Assembly: GCA_964016885.1 (NCBI GenBank)
Contig: OZ024740.1
Location: 362,390,001-362,454,000 of the forward strand
DNA: 64,000 nucleotides
Direction of reading: 5' to 3'
DNA from: Eledone cirrhosa
Taxonomy: Eukaryota
Positions 26,280 to 39,213 of the stretch are shown one piece after another. Under the pieces are notes generated by a model. It saw only the letters and a list, made by a program, of their open reading frames with translations, made no database searches and was not told the DNA's origin. The position numbers and the translations under genes are program-made. Numbering within the stretch: position 1 is the stretch's first letter; every line of letters begins with the position of its first letter.

Positions 26280-27660
26280 CCCATGTATCCCATGGACAAG
26301 ATGGTGAAGTGAGGTAGTATATCTAAATTGTATCTCATGGACAAGATGGTGCGGCCAGGTGATATATCTCAACTATATCTCATGGACAAGATAGTGTGGC
26401 CAGGTGGTATATCTCAGCTGTATCCCATGAACAAGATGGTGAGGCCAGATGGTACATCCCATGGAGAAGATGGTGGGGCCAAATGGTATATCCCATGGAC
26501 AAGATGGTGAGGCCAGATTGTATATCCCATGGACAAGATGGTGAGGCCAGATTGTATATACCATAGACAAGATGGTGAGGCCAAATGGTATATCCCATGG
26601 ACAAGATGGTGAGGCCAGATGGTATATCCCATGGAGAAGATGGTGGGGCCAAATGGTATATCCCATGGACAAGATGGTGAGGCCAGATTGTATATACCAT
26701 AGACAAGATGGTGAGGCCAAATGGTATATCCCATGGACAAGATGGTGAGGCCAGATGGTATATACCATGGACAAGATGGTGAGGCCAGATTGTATATCCC
26801 ATGGAGAAGATGGTGGGGCCAAATGGTATATCCCATGGACAAGATGGTGAGACCAGATTGTATATCCCATGGAGAAGATGGTGGGGCCAAATGGTATATC
26901 CCATGGACAAGATGGTGAGGCCAGATTGTATATCCCATGGACAAGATGGTGAGGCCAGCTTGTATATACCATAGACAAGATGGTGAGGCCAAATGGTATA
27001 TCCCATGGACAAGATGGTGAGGCCAGATGGTATATACCATGGACAAGATGGTGAGGCCAGATTGTATATACCATAGACAAGATGGTGAGGCCAAATGGTA
27101 TATCCCATGGACAAGATGGTGAGGCCAGATGGTATATACCATGGACAAGATGGTGAGGCCAGATGGTATATCCCATGGACAAGATGGTGAGGCCAGATGG
27201 TATATCCCATGGACAAGATGGTGAGGCCAGATGGTATATACCATGGACAAGATGGGGAGGCCAGATGGTATATCCCATGGACAAGATGGTGAGGCCAGAT
27301 GGTATATCCCATGGACAAGAGAGTGTGGCTAGGGGGTATATCTCAACTGTAGCTCATGGATGAGATAGTGAGGCCAGGTGGTATATCTCAGCTGTATCCT
27401 ATGAAGAAGATCTTGAAGCCAGGTAGTATATCTGAACTGTATTCCATGGACAAGATAGTGAGGCTAGGTGGTATATCTCATGGACAAGGTAGTTTGACCA
27501 GGTGGTGTATCACAACAGTATCTCATGAACAAGATTGTGTGGCCAGGTGGTATATCTCAGCTGTATTCCATGGACAAGATGGTGAGGCCAGATCGTATCT
27601 CCCATGAACAAGATTGTGAGGCCAGGTGGTATATTTCAGCTGTATCCCATGAAGAAGATG
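26280..27660. repeat. 34-bp minisatellite (about 26 core units) with degenerate flanking units of about 45 bp
   Basis: Unit tatcccatggacaagatggtgaggccagatggta; flanks carry an extra tctcagctgta-like insert. Confidence 0.95.
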
Positions 27661-27901
27661 TTGAAAGCATTGCTGTTGAGAATAGCCAATGACACTCACT
27701 GCATTAGCTATTTCACCTCACATAGCTTCTTCTCTCAATTTTACAGAGGAAAAATAGAGTCCAAGGGTGAGGACACTGGAAGTCTCAATGGCGACTAGCA
27801 CAAAATGAAGTAATGATACCATTTCATTTCTATATATTTTCCTCTTTACGTGTTCTCAGGCCTCTCTAATTAAGACACACTGAAATGTATTATATTCAAT
27901 G

Positions 27902-28086
27902 AGGCGGTGGATTGGCAGTATCGGTAGAAGGGCGGACGCCATGCTTTCCAGCATAGTTACGTCCCTTTACGATCTGAGTTCAAATCCTGCCGAGGTTGAC
28001 TTTGCCTTTCATCCTTACGGGGTCGATAAAATAAAGTACCAGTAATGCACTGGGTATTTGCTGGCCTTGTGCCTAAAGTAGAAACA
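27902..28086 (+). mobile_element. Full-length SINE family B with 13-bp TSD
   Basis: TSD attatattcaatg at 27889-27901 and 28087-28099. Confidence 0.9.
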
Positions 28087-29409
28087 ATTATATTCAATGT
28101 TTCACCCTTTTTAATGTTTTTTTCTTCTCTAAACAACAATATTTTTTTTTTATATTATTTTTGTCTGAAATAATATGCTCAGACGCTACAAATAAAAGAA
28201 AATCATATATTAGCTGAAAGGAGACTAAAATATTCTTTTAACATAAAACACAGACATTACTTTTATTCTTTTATTCTTTTTGTTTAATGGTTTCAGCCAT
28301 TAGACTATGGTCATGCTGAGAGTCACTGCTTTCATGTAGTTGACCATAATAACTCCAGTACATTTTTTAAAGTTTAATATATATTTTAGAGGTTTCATTT
28401 TTTTTTTCAAACTGGTATGAATTAGATTCACCCAGACAGACACTGTGTGTGTGTGTGTGTGTGAAATAATGGTTAAAATGTTTAGTTCGTGGTCATAAGT
28501 TCAATTAGTTTTCTTGAGCAAGAAACATTATTTCATGTTACTCCATTCCACCAAGCCAGCAAAAAGGTGTTGTTGTAATCTCGGGTCCTTACAACCATGT
28601 CACCACCACTGCTTATTAATTGTTTTTAAATATTTTCCAGCCCCCACTCCCCACTTTTATTCCAACATAAGCCACCCCTACTTATTAAATTTTGCTAATC
28701 TATCTCTGACAAAATTTTATTATAAATATTGTTACAGCAGCTGGAGAATCTAATAATTATTTTATTTTACATTAAAAAACATTATATATGACAAAAAATA
28801 AACATTACAAGAAATCCCGTATTTACAAACGTACACTCTACAATTATCTATTTACCCCCCGCCCCCCTAAACATTTAAGTAAATGTCCACCATCCCCTAC
28901 TGTTTGGGACCCGAGAGTATATATAATTGAACGAGCCAGCTTTGTCAAATATTCTGCAACACTGAATTTCCCAGAGAATGCCATTATCTGTAGAATGCTC
29001 AACCACTTGCAAATTAAATTCCTAACTACGCTGTTCTGATGATCAAATCAATTGGAACAGTCAACATCAGAACCAATGGAAGTCCAACAAAAATGTACAT
29101 TGACAGTAACACTAACATAATTTTGGCGATAGTAGAGGTGTATATGAAAATATATACAATATAATTATACACAATAAACACATAAGAGTTTCGCTTTGAG
29201 AGAAAACATTTTTTTGATTATGAAAATATATTTTTACTCATTATGTGCTGTGAACTCAACATAGCAATCCGTGTCCTCACGCATCTCCTACTGAGATAAG
29301 AATAGGCTAAAGCTTATGTAGATTTTGGTTACCAAACATTTGCTGGCATTTGGCCAGTCAGCCAGTTTTAAAGTTATAGCCTGAAGGACAATAGTATCCA
29401 TATATATAT

Positions 29410-30080
29410 ATATATATGAAAAATATGGGGAGAAGAATACTGCATGGTTGCACATGGATAACATGTTATAAAATGAGTCCCCCATCAGTGATTTGCCAAC
29501 GGTCATTGGTATTTCATCGCATTAAAAATCATATACCTCACGTTGGTGCGAAAATAACTAAAATAAGTTATTAGGACAATTGAAACGCGTAAAGCAAGTG
29601 AGACAAGTAAACAACACAGGGGAAAGCTAACCGAAGATGGAAAGAAATACAAGCAACATGGTTATTCTTTCAGCATAAGCTGTGTGAATATATGAGCGAG
29701 TTAGAAACAGACCTTCCGCTAGTGAATCCGATGTTAGAAAGAAGGAAAATCGTTTTCGAAGCAAACGGGAGGAAGTAAGAAGGGGAGAAACAGAGACTGA
29801 GTGAGTGGAAGTGTGAGGAAGAGGTCAGTAGAGAGAAAGTGTTAACTGACATGACAGAGGGGACGAAAGAAAGTAAGAGAAACAGAGAGAACGAGGGAGC
29901 AGTAAGAGAGAAAGAGAGAAACACATAATCGCAGTTTAGGTAAATATATGAAAAATATGGGGAGAAGAATACTGCATGGTTGCACATGGATAACATGTTA
30001 TAAAATGAGTCCCTCATCAGTGATTTGCCAACGATCATTGGTATTTCATCGCATTAAAAATCATATACCTCATGCTGGTG
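29410..30080. repeat. Direct repeat of about 135 bp, period about 530 bp (pLTR-like partial tandem)
   Basis: atatatgaaaaatatggggagaag...catatacctca(c/t)g(t/c)tggtg at about 29410-29548 and 29944-30080. Confidence 0.75.
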
Positions 30081-30179
30081 ATATATATATATAGTAATAA
30101 TAATAAATTTGAAGACTAAAATCCAAAGAGGGCTCGATAAGGATAAATATATATCAAATATATAAGAACCGTAGAGCAA

Positions 30180-30290
30180 ATATTTATTAAAATAGCAGAT
30201 TAAAGTTTAAGCAACGAATTCAGAAGATCCCATTAAGGGTGAAAGCAGCAATTCTTTGCTTAAACTTTAATCTGTTATTTTAATAAATAT
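30180..30290 (+). mobile_element. Fold-back of the PLE 3' terminus carrying the CAGAAGA hammerhead-like motif (30219-30266)
   Basis: Matches 15050-15122; the left 40 bp are an inverted copy of the right end. Confidence 0.8.
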
Positions 30291-30549
30291 ATATTATATA
30301 TATATATATATGTATGTATAAATGTGTATTATTGATATAATATATATAAAAAATATGGTGTATGTTTTTTGGCTTTGTATTACAGCCGCGTGTCTTTTGA
30401 GTAGGTGGTGAGTTAGTTATTTGAATAAAAGACACTCCACCAATGTGTTTACAAGTACTTTTAATACACACACACTCACACAAACACACACACACTCACA
30501 CAAACACACATGCACACACACACACACATACACACACACACATATATAT

Positions 30550-31312
30550 AATAATAATTTCTAGTATAAGCACAAGGCCAGTAATTTGGGGGGAGGGGGA
30601 AGTCGATTAAAACGACCACAGTACGTTACTGGTGCTTTATTTTGTCGACCCCATAAGGATGGAAGTAAAGTTAACCTCAGCGGGATTTGAACTCAGACCA
30701 TAAAGGACCGTAACTCTATGCTGCAAAGCATGGTGTCCGACTCTCTAGCAATACTGCCAATCCAACACCTTTATATAATAATTGTTTCTACTTTTTGGCA
30801 CAAGGCCAGCAATTATCCCAGTGCATTACTGGTACTTTATTTTATCGACCCCGTAAGGAGGAAAGGCAAAGTTAACCGCGGTGGGATTTGAACTGAGAAT
30901 GGCAAGGGCCGTAACTCTATGCGTCAAAGCATGGCCTCTACCGATACTGCCAATCCACCACCCTTATCATTTCATTTCATTCATTTCATTTTACGTCCGC
31001 TTTTTCCCCGCTTGCAAGGGTGGGACGGGAACTGATTCTGGCTTGATTTCTACAGCTGGATGCCCTTCCTAACACCAACCTCATTTACAGTGAGTGCTGG
31101 GTGCTTTTTTGCCATAGCACCTCCACGACCATTTTGCAGTGGAATGATAGGAACCCCAGTCCCTATCATCTCATTTCTACAGCTGAGTAAACTGGAGCAA
31201 TGTGAAATAAAGTGTCTTGCTCAAGGAAACAACACATCACCCGGTCTGAGAATTGAACTCACAACCTTTCGATTGCAAGGCCAATGCTCTAACCACTAAG
31301 CCATGTGCCTCC
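30550..31312 (-). mobile_element. SINE cluster: two family B copies and one family A copy
   Basis: B at about 30550-30770 and 30780-30964, A at about 30965-31312, all on the minus strand. Confidence 0.85.
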
Positions 31313-31560
31313 TTATATAATAATAAATGAAAGACAGTTACGTTAGTCCATTCCAATTTATTTTATTATACATATTTCGTATTTATTATACATATTTCGT
31401 ACGTATTTATGTATACCATAAGTCAAAACATGTTCTTTTCAGATAAAATCCACTGGAGAGGTAGAAATCATTAGATATGCAGACAGTCAGACGAGCTGTT
31501 TGGATCTGTAGACGCTCGTCTGCCCGCCTGCATATCAAATGATTTCTACATCTCCAGTGG

Positions 31561-31635
31561 ATTTTATCTGAAGAGAACATGTTTTGGCTTATGTTATACA
31601 TAAGCCTTGCATCTTCGAAATACATATAATAAAAT
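31561..31635 (+). ncRNA. Type I hammerhead ribozyme motif in the right arm of a fold-back
   Basis: attttat CTGAAGA gaacatg..ggcttatg/cataagcc..catcttc GAAA tacata TA ataaaat. Confidence 0.75.
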
Positions 31636-31838
31636 AAATTGGGAACAGCACACCCACACTCACATGTCCCCCTATTTTGATTTTTGATTTTTTAATCTCT
31701 GAACTATTGTACTCCTGATGAAGGACTAACATCTGATACATGAAACTTTTTTTTTTCATTTTCATCCAAAGCATGAAACTAATAACACTAATTGTTTTTG
31801 TATCTCTGTTTCTGATTTTCAATTATATACACACACAT

Positions 31839-31923
<85 letters not shown>

Positions 31924-32003
31924 TATATATATATATAAAGAGAGAGAAAGAGAGAGAGAGGGAGAGAGGGAGAGAGTGTGAGAGAGAGAGGGAGAGAGAG
32001 AGA

Positions 32004-32059
<56 letters not shown>

Positions 32060-32349
32060 GATAGATATGTATGCACTTATATTTCTTTATATTTTGTTTG
32101 TGTGCCTTTGAGACATTTGCTGACCTAAATGGCCATGGAACAGCTGACTTTAGCATGAAAGATATAAAGATTTACCTCTTCTTACACAATCTATATATTG
32201 ATTGTAATATATTATTTAAAGGAAAACTTTTCAAATATAAAATGAAATTCTGTCATTCATATGCTTGGAATATATTGTATAGAGAAATCTATTGTTACAG
32301 AAGTATAAGACACAGACACAAATGCCCCCCCCCCCCCCACATATATATA

Positions 32350-32416
<67 letters not shown>

Positions 32417-32455
32417 GATATTAATAAATGGAAACTATATTTATAAAACCATATT

Positions 32456-32520
32456 TATTTCATTATACATATTTCAGGGATACCACATTAAATTATGGTA
32501 TGCCTTCATCAGACATAATA
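32456..32520 (-). ncRNA. Type I hammerhead motif, left pLTR arm
   Basis: Reverse complement of the 35571 motif with one stem I mismatch. Confidence 0.65.
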
Positions 32521-34315
32521 CAATATATAACAGTTTTACAAATAGGTTTGACGTACCCTTTAAAATACAACCATTACTTTTGGAGGCTGTCTGGATAGTG
32601 ATTTGTTTATATAATAAGTCATAGTGTTAAGCACAATTAGAAAAAGACGGCGAGAAAGAAAGAGAAAAGAACAAAGACAGAGAGAGATAAAGAAAAGAGA
32701 AAGAAAACCTGGAGAAATATCGGAGAGAGAGAGAAATGTATGGAGAAAAGAAAGAGATAGATAAAGATAGGAGGAAATAAAAAAGAAAGAAAAGGAAGGA
32801 ATAAGAAAAACAAAGGAAAGCAACAGAGAGATATCAAGTCATCATACAGAAAGAGAAACTCAAGAGAGAGAAATACTATATAGAGAGAGGGGGACAGTGA
32901 CAACTTTACGTCATGTCATATTAAGTTGAGTTAACAATTTATATGAAATGAATAATAAAAATATAAATATAAGTATCAATATTCATGAATGGGACATAGA
33001 TATATAATATGAGAAATTAAACATTGTTCAATAATGACCATATGTTTAGTTTAGAAACTTGAGATCAATATACCAAAATCTGAGTTCAAAATGTACCCTT
33101 GCTATAGAGATTAGTATTTTATGCAAAGACATACAAATATATATGTATATATACATATATATAGATACGCACGTCCTGAAAATAGAAATTATGTTTACTC
33201 AAGCCAACAATATAGCCATACAAAACGTAAATGATTTCTCTTAATCACTGCTATACACTCATTATGTTATAAAAATTTCACAGTATATATATATACAAAT
33301 ATATACGATTAACAATCATGTCCTCATATATACGATTACCATTCATGTGTTTAATATTATGCACATCTGCAACATACCTCTCAACCACATAGATATATAC
33401 ACATACATATATACACATACATATGTATAAATAAATATTTGCGTGCGTCCTCATGCATCACTCATGTATATATACAGACACATATACAAACACAAAAAAT
33501 CTATAACACTTTCTATGCATGTTAATACACACATATGCATTTGTATAGAGATAATCCAATATCAATAAATTACCAAAGGATTATAATTTGTAAATACAAC
33601 CATAACAATACAAATTTAAAATACCAAAGGAATATATTTTGGAAATGCAACTATATAGTCAAAAGAAATCTATAAATATCAAAGCATTAAATATCATTAA
33701 AACACTATAGAGTATCTTAAGTTAAAATAATATGTTTTATATATTTAGTATAGAAATTTATCCTACGTATATCTCAATCAAGATATTGAGAGGGTAGACT
33801 TGTGAAAGTTATGAGAAGCTATCATAATCAAAACAAATAAAAATAATTTAAAAGATTTAAAAATTTAAAAAACCCAATGATTCTACAGATAACCTTATAT
33901 TTAATATACCTTACGTATATTTTATTTAATACATTGGAAGTATATACATTTTAGAGTAGTTTATTATATCCATGTTTATATTTAGGAAGAAAGTTTAAAA
34001 AGAAAAAGGTGAAGGAATCTAATGGATTATCGACAGGTTCTATATATTAACTAAAATTACTTAATTAATTATACTACATTTTAAATTTATATTTATATTT
34101 AAACGTTGAGTTCAATCTATGTCTGCAGCAACTGAATAAATTGTTCCTCAGATTAAGGGAATTTTTGGATTTTAATATAAAGAATATTTCTTCAATACAA
34201 AGATCACAATTTTCTGAAGAGGAATTAAAAGGAATAGCTTTTGAAATAATATTCCAATTCATCGAATATTTAATATTATCTCGTTTTAGGTCCCATAGTA
34301 GGCTAGATAGCGAAG

Positions 34316-34945
34316 TTGAAGATTGAAAAACTTAATACAGATGCATCTTGTATAATGCATGAATTAGACATTGAGAATAAAACACAACCCTTCATGTCTA
34401 GGAAACCCAAGATCAATATGAAGGATCACAAAAGAAACTTTGAAAATGATTTACCAGTCAGATTAATTGCACCATCCAAATCTGACCTGGGAAAACTTAG
34501 CAAAAATATTCTAGACAGAGTAATACAACAAATTATAAACTTACCTAATTTATCTTACTTAAAATTATGGAAAGGGACTAGTGAGGTTATTGATTGGTTT
34601 AAAGAAATTAAATATAACTGTAATAATAAGTTTATTCAGCTGGATATTGCTAACTACTATTCATCTATCACTCCTAATCTACTGAATAAGGCACTAAATT
34701 ACGCATTTAAACATACTGACCTAACTAGCAATGAAATGCACATTATATTATCGGCAAGGAAAACATTGATAGAATTTAATAACCAACTCTGGACTAGGGC
34801 AGATAGAAATAATAATTTCGACATAACTATGGGATCATCAGACTCAGCTCAGGTAACGGACCTTGTGGGCCTATTTATAATTAATTCGCTACATAGAAAA
34901 ATACCAGGTGTAACCGGAGGTTTATATCGTGATGACATGCTATAG
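34316..34945 (+). pseudogene. Penelope-like RT fragment
   Basis: KDHK, VRLIAPSKSDLGKLSKNILD, FIQLDIANYY, MGSSDSAQV, GGLYRDD; homologous to but diverged from the 16144 ORF. Confidence 0.9.
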
Positions 34946-35570
34946 TTCACAGCTATTATATTCTATAAGTAAAAGCATGTCATCACGATATAAACCTCCG
35001 GTTACACCTGGTATTTTGGTATATTGATCTCAAGTTTCTAAACTAAACATATGGTCATTATTGAACAATGTTTAATTTCTCATATTATATATCTATGTCC
35101 CATTCATGAATATTGATACTTATATTTATATTTTTATTATTCATTTCATATAAATTGTTAACTCACTTAATATGACATGACGTAAAGTTGTCACTGTCCC
35201 CCTCTCTCTATATAGTATTTCTCTCTCTTGAGTTTCTCTTTCTGTATGATGACTTGATATCTCTCTGTTGCTTTCCTTTGTTTTTCTTATTCCTTCCTTT
35301 TCTTTCTTTTTTATTTCCTCCTATCTTTATCTATCTCTTTCTTTTCTCCATACATTTCTCTCTCTCTCCGATATTTCTCCAGGTTTTCTTTCTCTTTTCT
35401 TTATCTCTCTCTGTCTTTGTTCTTTTCTCTTTCTTTCTCTCCGTCTTTTTCTAATTGTGCTTAACACTATGACTTATTATATAAACAAATCACTATCCAG
35501 ACAGCCTCCAAAAGTAATGGTTGTATTTTAAAGGGTACGTCAAACCTATTTGTAAAACTGTTATATATTG

Positions 35571-35635
35571 TATTTTGTCTGATGAAGGCATACCATAATT
35601 TAATGTGGTATCCCTGAAATATGTATAATGAAATA
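35571..35635 (+). ncRNA. Type I hammerhead motif, right pLTR arm
   Basis: tattttgt CTGATGA agg-c-atacca..tggtat-c-cct GAAA tatgta TA atgaaata. Confidence 0.75.
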
Positions 35636-35763
35636 AATATGGTTTTATAAATATAGTTTCCATTTATTAATATCGTATATCTACTCCAAAAATTTGTCGA
35701 GTGCTTTATATCAGTTATAAAAATATTTATTTGTTGTATCCCAACAACTTTAAATAGAACTTT

Positions 35764-35800
<37 letters not shown>

Positions 35801-36022
35801 GCGGACTGGGTCTAAAAATATTGGTTGCCAGGAGATGAAGGGGGGGGGGACCTACGTATAGAATGCTATCATTTAATTTTTATAATGAATAAATAATATT
35901 TTCGAAAAATACATAAGTGGAAACAAAACAGTGCAATTAAATTTTTGCGGAAAAATCTCTTACCTTCTCCAATAAAAAATATAATGTATTTTGCGAAAAT
36001 CCAGTGACTTTCAATAATGACC

Positions 36023-36480
36023 AGAAGTCGATCCTAAATATTACTAATAGCCCTAGGAAAGCCATGAATGACACCACATATTTTTAAATTTGATTTTGAA
36101 AGTATGTTTATAATTATCAATTTTCATTATACTTTTGTAGCTGTCTTGGTGGCTTAGTTGGAGGAATCATAAACGGTGGTGATCCTGGTCTGAAGTTCAA
36201 TCCTGGTCGGGACTAGGGTTCCCAGTAAACCTTTTCAGTTTTTTCTATTGGTTGTAAAATAAAAACTGAAAAAGGTTACATGCACCTCTTGACCATTATT
36301 GAACCCAAGTCAGGATACCCATCGTCTCTAGTACCTACTGCTAGGCCACAGAGACAACTACAAAAATCTTATGAAAATTCATACTTATAAACCTACTTTC
36401 AAAATTTTCAAAGCAAAATGATGTGATGTCGTTGATGTTTTTTTTTTAATGTTACTGCTCCTACTTAAGGTCGACTTCTA
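36023..36480. repeat. Old degenerate fold-back (MITE-like), about 460 bp
   Basis: agaagtcgatcctaa / ttaaggtcgacttct; tttgtagctgtc / gacaactacaaa; centre aaccttttcagttttt / aaaaactgaaaaaggtt. Confidence 0.6.
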
Positions 36481-36811
36481 AATCATTTAGGTGTTCCATA
36501 AACTACATCCTCGTTTTGTTTCTCATCTATCTAGACTACATTTTAACCTGTAATCCATGTTTCATTTCTGTTGCACCTCAGTTCTCCCCCTCCTCACACA
36601 CACACTCTCTCTCTCTCTTTCTCTCTCGCTGTGATATTTGAATCTACTAAGATTTGGGCTTACTTTATTCATATATATGTGTGTGTGTGTGTGTGTCTAT
36701 CTATCTATCTATGTGTTATGTAATTCCAAAGGAAAAGCAAAGGAAAAAAGAGTGCTCGATGTATAGAACAGAGCTATTTAATTAGAAAGTGAACAACACA
36801 AAATATAACTA

Positions 36812-36881
36812 CTCCATTGCCAAAGGTTTCTGGATCACAAACGATAATAATGTATACACCTGGATCATTCGTCAGATAGAG
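36812..36881 (-). ncRNA. Degenerate hammerhead motif (same family as 48865)
   Basis: Minus: ctctat CTGACGA atgatcca..tgatcca GAAA cctttgg CA atggag; U16.1 position is C. Confidence 0.5.
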
Positions 36882-37161
36882 ATGTTATGGATAAAAGATA
36901 TGAAATGAAATTTAAAATCTGTTAAAAGTTGGAAGTGAGGCTGGAAAAATAACAGGATAAAAAAAAATATATATATATATAGCAATATAGAAAAAGACAT
37001 ATGTGTACATACATATATACGCACATACACATAATCAGATACAAGGAAAATATATATATATATGTGTATACATACATACATGCAAACACAGACACATATA
37101 TATATATATACACAAACATATATACATGGACATATACATATATATATGCATATATATATAG

Positions 37162-37206
<45 letters not shown>

Positions 37207-37327
37207 AAAACATATGCAGACATATACAAATACATGTATACGCGAACACACAGACACACACATACACATATATATATATATGAAATGTTACGGAGACATC
37301 ACACACATAGAGTTAAACATATATATA

Positions 37328-37774
37328 TCCTCATCATCATCGTTTAACGTCTATCTTCTACGCTTGCATGGGTTTGGACGGGAATTTCTCACTTGAGGCA
37401 AGATTGGTTGTCTTGCTTGTATAGGACTGGGAGTTTTCTACAGCTGGATGCCTTTCCTAACACCAACGACGTTTACAGTGTGGACTGGGAGGTTTTTACC
37501 GTGTTACCTACACAGCCACATTACAGCGTGGACTGTGTGTTTTTTTGTTGTGACACCTACACAACCTCATTTATTTCGGACTGGATGTTGTGGTACCAAC
37601 ATAACTTTACATCAAAAGGGGTGGTGTGGATGGGGTGGGGGTAGTGGGACGGGGGTGTATTTTTGTTAGAGGTGCCTACTGACTGTAGGTTTCGCTTTGT
37701 ACTTAGGCAAGGCGGATCTTCTGTATTACTGTGCAACACCAAAGATCTCGGTCCAGTGACATTGTCTTGGAGAG

Positions 37775-37776
<2 letters not shown>
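37328..37776 (-). mobile_element. RTE LINE 3' end
   Basis: Reverse complement of 41730-42190. Confidence 0.9.
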
Positions 37777-37823
<47 letters not shown>

Positions 37824-37859
37824 GAGAGAAGTGGTAACACAACAGTTAGTTCACCATAT

Positions 37860-37897
37860 CGAGAACAATTGTTTCACCTTAGCGGATCTTCAGCTCG
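37860..37897 (-). ncRNA. Minimal type I hammerhead motif with palindromic stem III
   Basis: Minus: cgag CTGAAGA t-cc-gctaa-gg-t GAAA caattg TT ctcg; extra flanking pair agaagtggtaac/gttaccacttct. Confidence 0.7.
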
Positions 37898-39213
37898 TAC
37901 GAAGTTACCACTTCTACCTAACTCATCCCATGGACTGAGTGCTCTACCACTATGGATATTACCTTCCAGTGTTCTACCTCTCTCTATATATATATATATA
38001 TGTATGTATGTATGTGTGTATATATATATGTGTGTATATAATTAAAAATCATAAACACAGAGATACATAAACAATTATATATAGAAGATGTATAAAGGGA
38101 TTTTCATCCTCCAAACCCTACATTGATGTTTTGACAATACTTTAGTGTTACCTAGTAACATTGAAGTTGAAACACTTAAAATGATTTGAATTATCAACCT
38201 TGGTTGTCACATGAAGGAAACCACATGAAGGAACCCACAGTGTTAAAGAAAACTAGTACTGAAGAAGACCTGATCTGCAACATACAATGTGGCCTGACTT
38301 CCGCAGTCCCTTTACACCACAGCTCACAAACAGATATTCTCAATACCCCCCCCCCCCCTCACCACACATACCCTATTCCCCTACCCCTACTTTCCAAGTT
38401 TCTGCCCACTTTTGAATGGGCTTGTGATGGGAAGGGTTCCAGCTGTGGAGGGCTTGCCAAGCAGGGATTGGGAGGACCCTTCAGTCATGTAAAGCTGTGA
38501 CAGCCTCCCCAGTGTTTGGTGATCTACACAATAAATGCACCCATGATTATGATAATTAAAATAGAAAAAATGAGAAGAGATGGCAAACTTCTGCAGATTA
38601 CATTGATCATGTGACCAGCAAGGTTAAACACTGCTTTACTAAGGAAACACTTGTAATTATAATGTACCATATATTTAGAATTGTATTTATGTGTATTTAA
38701 ACCTAAAGATTCAGTATTTGAATTTAATCTACTTTTGTGTTAATTTAAATATTGAAAGAAGAATGTTCCATATCTATAGAAAGTTCTAGTAGTGTTAAAA
38801 GATACAATCACATAAAACAGAGAGTTATCTAACATCTAACCTTTCATTACCATATTTCTAATAAAATACACCGATGTTGAACATAATCAAGACTTTTGTA
38901 ATAAAACTAACTTTCTTCTTAGCTAGTGTTTGGAATATAACTTAACAATATTCTAATTTAGAACTATGATAAAGTTTTTTTAGATAAATTTAAACACTTT
39001 CAGCTTTATATTTGCATATATATATATATATAAGAAATTAAAAACAAGAAATTAAAAACAACATACTCACATGTCCCCTTTTTTTATATTTTATTTTCTA
39101 ATCTATGATTGGACTTGATTTTTGGTTACTGGTACAAAAAACTGACTTTCTATCAGATGTATCATTTCAACTTCTACAAGCAAATTCTCAAGGAAGATAT
39201 ATATATATATATA

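Larger units (their letters stand above)
32410..35765. mobile_element. Rearranged Penelope-like element with inverted pLTR arms of about 670 bp
   Basis: Arms 32410-33075 / 35016-35680 nearly identical; GIY-YIG C-terminus on minus (34074-34315: CDLCIEE...LNLRNNLFSCCRH); RT fragment on plus (34316-34945). Confidence 0.9.

Noticed and set aside
26280-27660. CRISPR-like array or 300-aa repeat proteins
   Set aside because: Units are contiguous with no unique spacers, there are no cas genes and the context is eukaryotic; the ORFs arise from a stop-free repeat unit
31705-31760. ctgatga...gaaac motif
   Set aside because: Stems I and II cannot be paired convincingly
32560-32903. Duplicated hydrophobic ORFs (also 35188-35531)
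   Set aside because: CT-rich low-complexity sequence within the inverted pLTR arms
36872-37306. Long ORFs rich in YI/CV/HT (also 15480-16093, 31740-32156, 46557-47001)
   Set aside because: Translations of (TA)n/(CA)n/(GA)n microsatellites
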